Origin: a virus
Taxonomy: Duplodnaviria > Caudoviricetes
Virus record (IMG/VR): IMGVR_UViG_3300010355_000898
Coordinates: 205,548 to 269,547 of that record
Length of the DNA stretch: 64,000 bases
Strand: one strand, 5' to 3'
Shown here: positions 46,818-56,641 of the stretch, piece after piece
How the letters are laid out: every line of letters begins with the position of its first letter
Numbering within the stretch: the stretch's first letter is position 1
Notes under the pieces: generated by a model
The model's input: the letters and a program-made list of their open reading frames with translations, nothing else
Database searches by the model: none
Told to the model about the DNA's origin: nothing
Program-made: the position numbers and the translations under genes

Positions 46818-47716
46818 ACATGCTGTTGACTGAAGCAAAATTTGGTTTGAATGATCTCAAAAAGTTTGGTTACAAACTGTATGTTGAGGATAATTCAAAT
46901 GGTGAGATCACAATCTATCTCATTGATGATGAGAATAGTACGCATGGCGTAATTGTGACAGAAGTGATTGGTTCATCAAAGAGCACAGTTCATGAAGTTG
47001 TTAGGGTTGCTGCAGATGGTGGTTGGGGTCCACTGATGTATGAGGCAGCAATGGCATACTTTTATCCACAATACATTAAACCATCTGGATACATGACTTC
47101 CACCTATGCGTCAGCAGTATGGGAAAAGTTTTTCAATAGAGATGATGTTGAAAAGTTGAAAATTGATTATGAAAGATTGGGTCCGAGAGCAGAATATCTG
47201 AATACTTTGTACAGAAAAAAGAACCCCATACTCAAGAACAGAATCGTTGACATATCTGAACATCCAGAATTCAATGTTGTTGATGAAATGTTCAGAGATG
47301 AAGTGAACCCAATCAAGGGTGATTATAAGAAATTCTTTGATAAAAAGTACAGTAAAGAAGTAAAAGCTGACAAAAGAGAATTTCATTGGAAAGAGAACAT
47401 TCTGAACGTTGAAGATTTGTTGAAACATATTATCCACTGGAAAAACTTTGATACAATGTGGGTTGATGAAGATGACGCCAAATCTTTTTTGAAAGATCTT
47501 CAAAAATTGCAGAATGACATTGAAGATTTGGGTATTGCAAAAAGGATTGATATCAACAATTGTGAAATGATTATTGATGAATTGAGTGATGCAATTGAGA
47601 TGGCATACAACACTGACAATGATAAAAATTTGAACAAATTGATCAAAGAATATGTTAAAGAACTGATTGAGGCTTTGAGAGATCTCATTTGGAACGTTAA
47701 AAATCTGCGTAAATAA
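46814..47716 (+). CDS. Hypothetical protein with GNAT-like motif, possible internal head protein
   Basis: LLTEA N-terminus; VAADGGWGPLMYEAAM...ASAVWEKF. Confidence 0.45.
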   Translation: MNMLLTEAKFGLNDLKKFGYKLYVEDNSNGEITIYLIDDENSTHGVIVTEVIGSSKSTVHEVVRVAADGGWGPLMYEAAMAYFYPQYIKPSGYMTSTYASAVWEKFFNRDDVEKLKIDYERLGPRAEYLNTLYRKKNPILKNRIVDISEHPEFNVVDEMFRDEVNPIKGDYKKFFDKKYSKEVKADKREFHWKENILNVEDLLKHIIHWKNFDTMWVDEDDAKSFLKDLQKLQNDIEDLGIAKRIDINNCEMIIDELSDAIEMAYNTDNDKNLNKLIKEYVKELIEALRDLIWNVKNLRK

Positions 47717-47800
47717 AGTTTTGAACTCTTTAACCGCCATTTGTTACATTACTGATATCAGCTAATGCTGCTAAACAGGATGAAATCAGAAGGTAAAATT

Positions 47801-48058
47801 ATGGCAAAGAAGTATATTCAGATCAACAAGAGTGCATCAATCAAGACCCGTTATGATCGTACGGGAAAGCTTAGGACTGAGACCGCCGGCAGGAATGCAG
47901 GTGTCAATGTTGCAGTGAGTACAAATGAGCGCAATGACAGCACAATGTTGTACGTTGACTTCCCAGATGGGAGTGTTGCTCAATTTGATGGTAGGTCAGC
48001 AAGAACACTCTTTAGGGTTCTCAGCAGACATTATGATGTGCAGGATAAATCACTCTAA
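47801..48058 (+). CDS. Hypothetical protein
   Basis: AAGG RBS; followed by a terminator. Confidence 0.55.
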   Translation: MAKKYIQINKSASIKTRYDRTGKLRTETAGRNAGVNVAVSTNERNDSTMLYVDFPDGSVAQFDGRSARTLFRVLSRHYDVQDKSL

Positions 48059-48080
48059 AAATCAGTAAATAAAAAGTGTG

Positions 48081-48120
48081 CAGTTCAAGGGATCAGAAAT
48101 GGTCCCTTGAGCTGTTTTTG
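48081..48120 (+). terminator. Rho-independent terminator
   Basis: 15-bp stem (two G-U pairs), GAAA loop, TTTTTG tail. Confidence 0.8.
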
Positions 48121-48135
48121 TTGTACAATCTGTGC

Positions 48136-48360
48136 ATGTTGAATGTTGAATTGTCATTGATTGAAGCAATTGATGTTGTAACTGTCCTATCACTCATCAG
48201 TGTTGAACAGTTTGAGAATGATAGGATACAGAACATAAAGAGTGTCATCAATCGCATCAGGTCTGCTGCAGGTGCTGATGACAGCATTGTGAAACAGTTT
48301 GATGTGTGGCGTAAACGTCAGGAAGAGATCATCAATTTGCGTAATCACAGTGCAGATTGA
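48136..48360 (+). CDS. Hypothetical protein
   Basis: TACAAT 6 nt before ATG. Confidence 0.45.
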   Translation: MLNVELSLIEAIDVVTVLSLISVEQFENDRIQNIKSVINRIRSAAGADDSIVKQFDVWRKRQEEIINLRNHSAD

Positions 48361-48378
48361 AGTGATAATATATCAAGT

Positions 48379-48585
48379 ATGGATAGAGAACATTTGTGGC
48401 AATTATCTCACAAAGTTGTTGGTATGACAATTGCTCAAGCATTCAAATGTGTTGTGTCAACAGGATGCAAATTCAGGATATACAGATACAATGGTGAACA
48501 GAACATCATGAATGAAATGTCTGAATTCAACACAATTGTTGTATCTGTCAATGATGGAATAGTTAAAAAATCATGGGTAGGTTAA
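48379..48585 (+). CDS. Small hypothetical protein
   Basis: VGMTIAQA...DGIV.K..VG, loosely I78-inhibitor-like. Confidence 0.45.
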   Translation: MDREHLWQLSHKVVGMTIAQAFKCVVSTGCKFRIYRYNGEQNIMNEMSEFNTIVVSVNDGIVKKSWVG

Positions 48586-48586
48586 T

Positions 48587-48799
48587 ATGTCAGCATACAC
48601 AGAGAATTTAGTTGAAGAGATCAAGAGACTTGAGAGCAAGATCAAACTGTTGAAAGAGAATGATGATCCCATAACAGATGAGGCTAATCTTCTGAATGTT
48701 TTACGAGAAAAATTGCAACAGGCAACCAACGCCCTGTCAGGAGGAGCACAATTGTTGAAGAGTTCTGTTGAACAGGGTCAACCTGTTCTGAAAGGATAA
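48587..48799 (+). CDS. Hypothetical coiled-coil protein
   Basis: Tightly packed ORF. Confidence 0.5.
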   Translation: MSAYTENLVEEIKRLESKIKLLKENDDPITDEANLLNVLREKLQQATNALSGGAQLLKSSVEQGQPVLKG

Positions 48800-48800
48800 A

Positions 48801-49022
48801 ATGATAGCAGATATAACTCAAACAGTCAGGGCAGCAAGACCAGCCCCCGCAGCGCCATTAACAATCATAGTTGAACAACCAATTGCTGGTACATTCACAC
48901 AAGTGGGTCCACAACAACATGTTGTCAAAACTGAACCATATGTCAGGGTGAGTGCTCTTTCACAACAATTGCAGGAAATGATCAGAAGAGAACTTGAATT
49001 GATGACTGCTGGATATAGATGA
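48801..49022 (+). CDS. Hypothetical protein
   Basis: AAGGA RBS; ATGA coupling to next gene. Confidence 0.5.
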   Translation: MIADITQTVRAARPAPAAPLTIIVEQPIAGTFTQVGPQQHVVKTEPYVRVSALSQQLQEMIRRELELMTAGYR

Positions 49023-49270
49023 GAGAACTGAAACTTGGCGATGTTGGCAGCGACGTAAGATTGTGGAAAGAATTTCTCATAACACTTGGCGGTCAATATG
49101 TCAATGTTGTTGTTGACGATACATTTGATGTGCAAACGCAACATGTTACACAATGTTTTCAGAGATCACTTGGCGTTGATCCAACAGGTGTTGTTGATCA
49201 GGTGACTGTTGGTTATGCTCTCTTGACAGGATATGATTGGTCAAGATTGCATGAAATTTTTGTTGATTAG
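49019..49270 (+). CDS. Stand-alone peptidoglycan-binding (PG_binding_1-like) protein
   Basis: LKLGDVGSDV...DTFD..T...FQRSLGV.PTGVVD..T. Confidence 0.7.
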   Translation: MRELKLGDVGSDVRLWKEFLITLGGQYVNVVVDDTFDVQTQHVTQCFQRSLGVDPTGVVDQVTVGYALLTGYDWSRLHEIFVD

Positions 49271-49298
49271 TTAGCTTGCAGGAACGGGTGGAGAAACA

Positions 49299-49826
49299 AT
49301 GACTGCAAAAAGAATTGTTACAGATCATAAAGAACTTGACAACATAGGTACACTGACACATGATCAGATTGATGTTGCTGTCAACAACACAGAGTGGATC
49401 ATAACGTCAAGTTCAGTTGAACAACCTCCAAATGCAAGAAAATTGACAGCCGGAACTGGAATTCAGATTGATGATCATGGTCCAGGAGCAGAGCTCATCA
49501 TATCTTCAACTGCATCCGGATCATCAGGTATTGATGAAAGTGTTCATGAAAGTTTGAATACACTTGCACACTATCCTGTGCAAAACGGTGTTGATGATGT
49601 TCAGTACAATACGTGGGGTGTTACAGACTACATTTTGTGGACAAATGGTTCAAGAAATGTCAAATTGCAGGATTACAAAATTACTTACAACAGTATTGGT
49701 TTGATATCACAATTGACTGGTAGCACATACAATTCTGATGGTACAGTGAAAACAAGATTATTGGAAACGCCAACATATGACAGTTTGAGAAGAATAGTTT
49801 CTATTGACAGGGTGAAAGTTGTGTAA
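49299..49826 (+). CDS. Putative tail-fibre-associated protein
   Basis: Contains a partial copy of the fibre repeat (PNARKLTAGTGIQIDDHGPG). Confidence 0.55.
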   Translation: MTAKRIVTDHKELDNIGTLTHDQIDVAVNNTEWIITSSSVEQPPNARKLTAGTGIQIDDHGPGAELIISSTASGSSGIDESVHESLNTLAHYPVQNGVDDVQYNTWGVTDYILWTNGSRNVKLQDYKITYNSIGLISQLTGSTYNSDGTVKTRLLETPTYDSLRRIVSIDRVKVV

Positions 49827-52800
49827 ATGCTGAATGTAATACAGATACAGATTAATGATTCTACCCCAAGAGTATTCACTGGACCTCAAACATATGATAG
49901 AGACAATGGTGGTGCACTTATAGTTCCAGCAGGATACAGTTTGCCAACTGGATCACTGATAAATGGTGAAGTTTTTTGGAACATCACAGAAAAGAAACTT
50001 TACAGATACAATTCAGGATCTCTGTCTTGGGAAGCATCTGGTGGAGCATATGCACCTGATGATGCACAGTATCTTGTTCTGTCTTCATCTGCAACATTGT
50101 CAAATGAAAGAATTGTTTCAATTGGAACAGGATTGATTGGTGTTGATGGTGGTCCTGGGTCTGCATTCAATTTCAGCATTGATGACAGCGTTGTTGCAAC
50201 GTTGAGTGGATCTGCATTCAGTGGTCCTGTTGTGGCAAATGGTGGATTGAGTGGATCACTTCAGAAATTGTCTGATGGAACGAGTTACATTGTTGCTGGC
50301 ACAAATGTGTCAGTGATTTCTTCATCAAATGGTCAGATCACAATCAGCACTCGGGATGCAGCAGACTTGAATGCCTCATATTTGGTGTTGAATGCAACCA
50401 GTTCACTCAATAATGAGCGAGTATTGACAATTGGAACAGGATTGAGTGGATCAGATGTTGGTGGAAATTATACAATCAGTATTGACAATAGCACCATTGC
50501 AACCATCTCAGGTTCAACATTCAGTGGTCCAGTAGTTGCATCAGGTGGATTGAGTGGATCATTACAGAAATTATCAAATGGAACATCATACCTTATTGCA
50601 GGTGCAAATGTAACAATTCAATCACAAAGTAATGGTCAGATTGTTATCAGTTCACAGGATGCATCAGATAAGAATGCATCGTATTTGGTGTTGAACACAA
50701 CCAGTTCACTCAATAATGAACGTGCATTGACACTTGGTGTAGGTATCAGTGGATCAGATGGTGGTGCAAATGGAAATTATGTGCTCAACATTGACAATGG
50801 CGTTGTTGCAACGATCAGCGGTTCAACATTCACAGGTCCAGTTATTGCTTCTGGTGGTCTAACAGGTTCACTCCAAAAACTTTCATCTGGATTGAGCTAT
50901 TTGGTTGCAGGTGGAAATGTTAACATTTTGTCACAAAGCAGTGGACAGATCACAATCAGTACAATCAATAGTGGAAGTGTGTTGGGACCGACAACATCAA
51001 CTGACAATGCATTGGCAAGATATGATGGAACATCTGGAAAAATTATTCAGAATTCAACAGTTACACTCAGCGATTCTGGAAGTTTTCAGAATGTTTACAC
51101 AATTGATTTCACACCAACAGATCCTGCAACTGTGCCAGATCTTGAAGGAAGGATATTCTATGACAGTCAAGATCATACGCTTGCAGTGAAGACAGACATC
51201 AGTGGGACAACACTTCAAGTTGGTCAAGAAATGTTTGTTCGTGTTCAGAACAAAACCAGTTCTTCAATTTTGAATGGTTCTGCTGTGTACATCAATGGTG
51301 CACAAGGAAATAGGCCAACAATTGCTCCTTCAATTGCAACTGACAGTTCATCAATAAAAGTCATTGGTCTGGCAACTGACAACATAGCAGTCGATGCTTA
51401 TGGATACATCACAACCAGAGGAATTGTAAGAGATCTTGATACACACAGTTACACTGAAGGTGATATTCTGTATCTGTCAACAACAGTAAGTGGTGGACTT
51501 CAGAACACAAAGCCAATTGGAACTGCTGCTGTGGTTGAGATTGGAACAGTACTGAGAGCACACCCAACTCTTGGTATGATTCTTGTCAATTTGCAACCTC
51601 CACAACGATTGGCAGATCTGTATGATGTTGGTAACGATGGACCAACTTTTGGTGCATATCTCAGGGGCGATGGAGCGTTTTGGCAAAGTAGAGATTTCAA
51701 TAGTGATGTCATTTCAGCAACAACTGGTAGTTTTGCTGACATCAATGTTCAATACGTTGTATTGGGTGTAACCAGTTCATTACCAAATGAGCGAGTTCTT
51801 ACAATGGGAACTGGACTGAAATCTGTTGATGCTGGGGCAGGTGGAAATTATACACTCAGCATAAATGATGGTGTTGTTGCAACAATCAGCGGGTCAACTT
51901 TCAGCGGACCAGTAAAAGCTTCTGGAGGGTTATCAGGATCACTTCAAAAATTGGTTGATGGTACAAGTTATTTGGCTGCTGGCAATGGAATAACAATTAA
52001 TTCTGGGTCATCCGGACAGGTAACAATTGCTGCCCTTATATGTGCACCAACAGGTGCTCAATATTTGACATTGGCAACAGATGCAACACTTTCAGCAGAA
52101 CGTGTTCTCACAATGGGTACTGGACTCAAAGCAACAGACGCCGGCGCCAATGGAAATTATACTGTCAACATAAATGACAGTGTTGTTGCAACAATTTCAG
52201 GTTCAACATTCACAGGTCCAATCATTGCAAATGGCGGACTCAGCGGATCACTTCAGAAGTTATCAAATGGTTTGAGTTATCTTGTGGCTGGAACAAACGT
52301 CACAATTGTGTCGCAAAGTAGTGGACAAATTGTGATCAATTCAACTGCAACAGGAACTGGAGGCGGAGATTCGGCTGCATCGTATTTGGTGTTGAATACA
52401 ACCAGCTCACTCAGTAATGAACGTGTTCTTACGTTGGGTACAGGCCTCAGTGGATCAGATGGTGGCGCAAATGGAAATTATACATTTGGTATCAATGATG
52501 CTGTTGTTGCAACGTTGAGTGGATCAACATTCAGTGGTCCAGTGATAACTTCTGGTGGTTTGACAGGTTCACTTCAGAAACTGCCAAATGGAACAAGCTA
52601 TCTTGTTGCTGGAAATAATATCACAATAGTTTCAGGTTCCGGAACAAATGGTCAGATTACAATCACGGGAGCAACACAAGCACCAGTTAGTGCTCAATAT
52701 CTCACTCTTGCTACAGATACAACTCTGACTGCTGAACGAGTGCTCACAATGGGAACTGGATTGAAATCTGTTGATGCAGGAGCAGGTGGAAACTATACAC

Positions 52801-54104
52801 TCAACATTGACAACGGAATTGTCGCAACAGTTTCTGGAACAAATTTTAGTGGTCCAGTGGTTGCCACTGGGGGTTTGAGTGGATCACTTCAAAAGTTGTC
52901 AAATGGTTTGAGTTATCTTGCAGCAGGAACAAATGTAACGATAGCATCACAAAGTAATGGACAAATTATTGTTAGTGCAACAACACAGGCACCTACAAAT
53001 GCTCAATATTTGACATTGGCAACAGATGCAACACTTTCAGCAGAACGTGTTCTCACAATGGGTACTGGAATTTCTGGATCAGATGCAGGCGCAAATGGCA
53101 ATTATACAATTGCCATAAACAATGGTGTTGTTGCAACAATCAGTGGTTCAACTTTCAGTGGACCTGTTATTGCTGGCGGTGGTTTAACAGGATCACTCCA
53201 AAAATTGTCATCTGGATTAAGCTATTTGGCTGCAGGTGCAAATGTAACAATCGTTTCACAAAGCAATGGTCAAATTGTTATTAGTTCAACTGCAACAGGA
53301 ACTGGGGGTGGTGATGCTGCAGCATCATATCTTGTTCTGAGTACGACTAGCTCACTCAGTAACGAGAGAGCCTTGACACTTGGTACAGGTCTCAGTGGTT
53401 CTGATGGCGGAGCCAATGGAAATTATACAATTGCAATTAACAATGGCGTTGTTGCAACGATCAGCGGTTCAACATTCACAGGTCCAGTTATTGCTTCCAA
53501 TGGATTGAGTGGATCACTTCAAAAGTTGTCAAATGGTTTGAGTTATTTGACACCATCTGGTAGCATTTCAATCACATCACAAAGTAGTGGTCAAGTTTCA
53601 ATTTTTGCGCCAAAAAGATTGTTAGCTGTCGAATTCTGTTTAACAGAAAACGTGAACAACTGTGAAAAGTATTTTTATGTGTGGAGAACAAATTCAGCTG
53701 CAACTGATTCTGAAAGATCTGGAAATAATGGTGGACTTCAGAATGCAAACAGTTGTTCACCATATCAGGTGCCATTTGATTGCACAATAAAGAAGGCAGT
53801 GTTAACACTCAAGGGTGCAGGAGTTCAGAATGGTTCTGTGTCATATCCAGTAACGTATCAGACTGATCTGTTTGATATTGGTTTCTATTCAGAAACAAAA
53901 ATTGCAGATATTGATTTTACTGACATAAATTCAGGTGTACAAACATATTCTCCTGGTAATACAGATTATAAGGGTTCAACAAATTTGAATGTTACTGCAT
54001 CTTTGGGTCAAATGTTGGGACTCAAATTCATAAATGGTAGTGCTGCAAATCTTGTTGGTCAGTCAAGAAATGCATTTGTTACATTAGTTATTGAGGAAAC
54101 ATGA
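49827..54104 (+). CDS. Long tail fibre-like protein with nine ~100-aa repeats
   Basis: Repeat YL.L....L..ER.LT.GTG...VATISGSTFSGPV...GGLSGSLQKL..G.SYL.AG occurs 9 times, with a non-repeat insert after copy 3. Confidence 0.75.
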   Translation: MLNVIQIQINDSTPRVFTGPQTYDRDNGGALIVPAGYSLPTGSLINGEVFWNITEKKLYRYNSGSLSWEASGGAYAPDDAQYLVLSSSATLSNERIVSIGTGLIGVDGGPGSAFNFSIDDSVVATLSGSAFSGPVVANGGLSGSLQKLSDGTSYIVAGTNVSVISSSNGQITISTRDAADLNASYLVLNATSSLNNERVLTIGTGLSGSDVGGNYTISIDNSTIATISGSTFSGPVVASGGLSGSLQKLSNGTSYLIAGANVTIQSQSNGQIVISSQDASDKNASYLVLNTTSSLNNERALTLGVGISGSDGGANGNYVLNIDNGVVATISGSTFTGPVIASGGLTGSLQKLSSGLSYLVAGGNVNILSQSSGQITISTINSGSVLGPTTSTDNALARYDGTSGKIIQNSTVTLSDSGSFQNVYTIDFTPTDPATVPDLEGRIFYDSQDHTLAVKTDISGTTLQVGQEMFVRVQNKTSSSILNGSAVYINGAQGNRPTIAPSIATDSSSIKVIGLATDNIAVDAYGYITTRGIVRDLDTHSYTEGDILYLSTTVSGGLQNTKPIGTAAVVEIGTVLRAHPTLGMILVNLQPPQRLADLYDVGNDGPTFGAYLRGDGAFWQSRDFNSDVISATTGSFADINVQYVVLGVTSSLPNERVLTMGTGLKSVDAGAGGNYTLSINDGVVATISGSTFSGPVKASGGLSGSLQKLVDGTSYLAAGNGITINSGSSGQVTIAALICAPTGAQYLTLATDATLSAERVLTMGTGLKATDAGANGNYTVNINDSVVATISGSTFTGPIIANGGLSGSLQKLSNGLSYLVAGTNVTIVSQSSGQIVINSTATGTGGGDSAASYLVLNTTSSLSNERVLTLGTGLSGSDGGANGNYTFGINDAVVATLSGSTFSGPVITSGGLTGSLQKLPNGTSYLVAGNNITIVSGSGTNGQITITGATQAPVSAQYLTLATDTTLTAERVLTMGTGLKSVDAGAGGNYTLNIDNGIVATVSGTNFSGPVVATGGLSGSLQKLSNGLSYLAAGTNVTIASQSNGQIIVSATTQAPTNAQYLTLATDATLSAERVLTMGTGISGSDAGANGNYTIAINNGVVATISGSTFSGPVIAGGGLTGSLQKLSSGLSYLAAGANVTIVSQSNGQIVISSTATGTGGGDAAASYLVLSTTSSLSNERALTLGTGLSGSDGGANGNYTIAINNGVVATISGSTFTGPVIASNGLSGSLQKLSNGLSYLTPSGSISITSQSSGQVSIFAPKRLLAVEFCLTENVNNCEKYFYVWRTNSAATDSERSGNNGGLQNANSCSPYQVPFDCTIKKAVLTLKGAGVQNGSVSYPVTYQTDLFDIGFYSETKIADIDFTDINSGVQTYSPGNTDYKGSTNLNVTASLGQMLGLKFINGSAANLVGQSRNAFVTLVIEET

Positions 54105-54421
54105 CGTGTTATAAGCAGGAAGTATTCTTAAACAATGATGGTGATATCACAATAGGTGATATGATAATTCCATCAAAAGGGAGTGTACAAATTTGGGATA
54201 ATTTGACGTTGATTGATGACGTTCTTTACAATTTTACAGAATGTAAAGATAACATAGCAAAATTTAATGAATATATTGGTACCGGTCAATTGACATTGAG
54301 TGATGGAACTGAAAAGACTGTTCAGGAAGCATTCAATATATTTGACAAAATGTTGTGTACTTATAATTGTTCTTTAATGGTTCTCGAACAATTACAAATA
54401 CAAGATTTTAGATGGAGTTAA
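54101..54421 (+). CDS. Hypothetical protein (possible fibre chaperone)
   Basis: ATGA-coupled to the fibre gene. Confidence 0.4.
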   Translation: MTCYKQEVFLNNDGDITIGDMIIPSKGSVQIWDNLTLIDDVLYNFTECKDNIAKFNEYIGTGQLTLSDGTEKTVQEAFNIFDKMLCTYNCSLMVLEQLQIQDFRWS

Positions 54422-54424
54422 GAT

Positions 54425-54784
54425 ATGGCAATTACACTTTCAACAACAGCGAGAAACGCAGCTAACGATGCGGTAACAGCATTAGCTAATGGTGGGCATC
54501 TAGTAATTTTAGCTGGAGCTACAGTACTTTGTACAATAAACTTATCTGCTACAGCATTTGCTGCATCAACAACTGGCTCTGCTAGTGCTAATGGTTTACC
54601 ACTTTCTGGAACGGCATCAAATTCAGGAACTGCTGATTCATATAGAGTTGAAACATCTGGATCAACTTCTTTATGGACAGGTACTGTTGGTGTAGGCTCT
54701 GGAGATTTACAGCTTTCAAGTTTATCAATTAGTTCGGGTCAGACAGTTACAGTAAATTCATGGGCGCACGCACAACCAGCATAA
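54425..54784 (+). CDS. Small Ser/Thr/Ala-rich virion/tail protein
   Basis: MAITLSTTARNA...SGTA...GTVG...GDLQL...GQTVTV; GGAG RBS. Confidence 0.6.
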   Translation: MAITLSTTARNAANDAVTALANGGHLVILAGATVLCTINLSATAFAASTTGSASANGLPLSGTASNSGTADSYRVETSGSTSLWTGTVGVGSGDLQLSSLSISSGQTVTVNSWAHAQPA

Positions 54785-54808
54785 TAATATAGGATAGGTT
54801 AATATAAT

Positions 54809-56641
54809 ATGTCTAATGCTTTTCGCATCAGTGGCGAACAGGACGTGTTACAATTAGCGACACGTACCAGTGCTTATCCAGCAACATTTATTGGCTGGGT
54901 AAAAATGAGAGCTGATAGAAATGCATATTCGGCAATATTTACAATAGAAGAAGGCGATGGACATTCGACATCATATAATGAGTTAATTACAGATAGCGAC
55001 GGCACTACTCTTGTTGTTTATGATACAAACGATATATGTGGAACTGTAGGGACATTAACTCAAGATGTTTGGTACAAGTTAGCTTGGGTTGTTGGTAATG
55101 GGACATTTTCTGTTTATTGGGGCACTGAAGGTACTGCCGGATTAACTTTAGCAACATCTGGATCAATTCAAAATGTCACTACTGTTGATTATAACGGAAT
55201 AGGATCATCAAACTATGCTTCAACTGAATGGTTTAATGGTTGTTTTAGTGGAGTTCGTGTTTGGACAGACACATTAACAAAAGAAGAAATTGAAGCCGAA
55301 TTTACAAGCGCCACACCAGTTAAAACAACCAACCTATTAGGTGCGTGGTTACCTCCTACAGTTACGGTCGATACAATATTAACGGCCATATCAGGCTCTA
55401 ATTTAATAGACGGAGTTGGCGGAGGAACACCAGATTATACCATTGAAGATGGTCCAACACTAGATCCATCAACCCAGCAAGCTCCAATTAATTGGCTTAC
55501 ATCAATGCCTCATATTTCTAGAGGAAAGCCAATTTATGGTACAGATGTTCCAAGCAGAATGAATGATGGTGTATATGGATATGTAGATACACCTGGGGCA
55601 TGGACTTGTACTGCTGGATCTTGGATTGCAATAAACTTAGGATCTGGACCAACTCAAATATTAGTAGCAATATCCAATGATCATGATAGTGCAGGTAGGT
55701 GGGTAACTACAGGTTTTAATAAGTACAGATTTCAAGTTTCATCAGATTCTACTAATGGAACAGATGGAACATGGACCACTTCCGTAACGGTTACTGATAA
55801 CTCTGCTATATGTCGTGAACATTTAATTAATTTTACTGGATATTCATGGATAAAGTTAATTGTTGATGAGGCCACTGGTGGACAGCTAGATGAACTTGAC
55901 GTTTGGGACGCGACTAATGGTACTCCGGATACATTTGTATTTATCGGTGATTCTTTAACAGATAGTGCGATACGAAGATTTGAATATTCTGGTGGAGGTT
56001 TACAGCCTTCATTTCAAGAAAATGTTTTATCAAATAATCCTGGACATTACCCATTACAAGTAAACTGTGGATATGCAGGAATGGGTGCCTCATATTGGCA
56101 GACTACAATATCAACAGCCTTAGCGTTATATCCAGACTGTAAATATTGGTGTTTAGATATTGGTATGAATGATGGCGCCTCAATGCCATCACAAATATCT
56201 TCATTCGTAGCATCAATGTCTGCAATTGTTGAAGCGATATTGGCTGCTGGCAAAATTCCAATTATTGCTAGAACGACATGGACTGGAGCCACTGGATATG
56301 GCGGAGGAGATTATAATACATGTGGTTTAAGATATCTTAATGATTATGGTATTGACGTTGTAGCGAATAATTATTCTATTAGAAAAGGCCCAGATTTATA
56401 TAAATTATTTTATGACAATAGTGCTACATATAATGTAACTACCGATCCCCACCCAAATGAAACCGGATATAAAGCATGGACAAAAGCTTGGGCAGATTCT
56501 CTTGGTATTGGGCCGATAGTACGAATATATCAGAAACTAATTCCAAACAAACTGACGCAATATATTCTGGACAAACACCAATATCAGCCACTGGTAACGA
56601 ATCAACATCAAGTCAAACGGATGCTATATCAGCAAGCATAA
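54809..56641 (+). CDS. LamG-like + discoidin-like + SGNH/GDSL esterase protein (5' part of a frameshifted gene)
   Basis: FIGDSLT, G.AG, IGMND and DPHPN blocks of SGNH hydrolases; W-rich lectin-like N-terminus. Confidence 0.7.
   Translation: MSNAFRISGEQDVLQLATRTSAYPATFIGWVKMRADRNAYSAIFTIEEGDGHSTSYNELITDSDGTTLVVYDTNDICGTVGTLTQDVWYKLAWVVGNGTFSVYWGTEGTAGLTLATSGSIQNVTTVDYNGIGSSNYASTEWFNGCFSGVRVWTDTLTKEEIEAEFTSATPVKTTNLLGAWLPPTVTVDTILTAISGSNLIDGVGGGTPDYTIEDGPTLDPSTQQAPINWLTSMPHISRGKPIYGTDVPSRMNDGVYGYVDTPGAWTCTAGSWIAINLGSGPTQILVAISNDHDSAGRWVTTGFNKYRFQVSSDSTNGTDGTWTTSVTVTDNSAICREHLINFTGYSWIKLIVDEATGGQLDELDVWDATNGTPDTFVFIGDSLTDSAIRRFEYSGGGLQPSFQENVLSNNPGHYPLQVNCGYAGMGASYWQTTISTALALYPDCKYWCLDIGMNDGASMPSQISSFVASMSAIVEAILAAGKIPIIARTTWTGATGYGGGDYNTCGLRYLNDYGIDVVANNYSIRKGPDLYKLFYDNSATYNVTTDPHPNETGYKAWTKAWADSLGIGPIVRIYQKLIPNKLTQYILDKHQYQPLVTNQHQVKRMLYQQA

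Noticed and set aside
47111-47740. 209-aa minus-strand ORF
   Set aside because: Antisense shadow of 46814-47716; its F/I/N-rich composition is expected from reverse-complement codon bias
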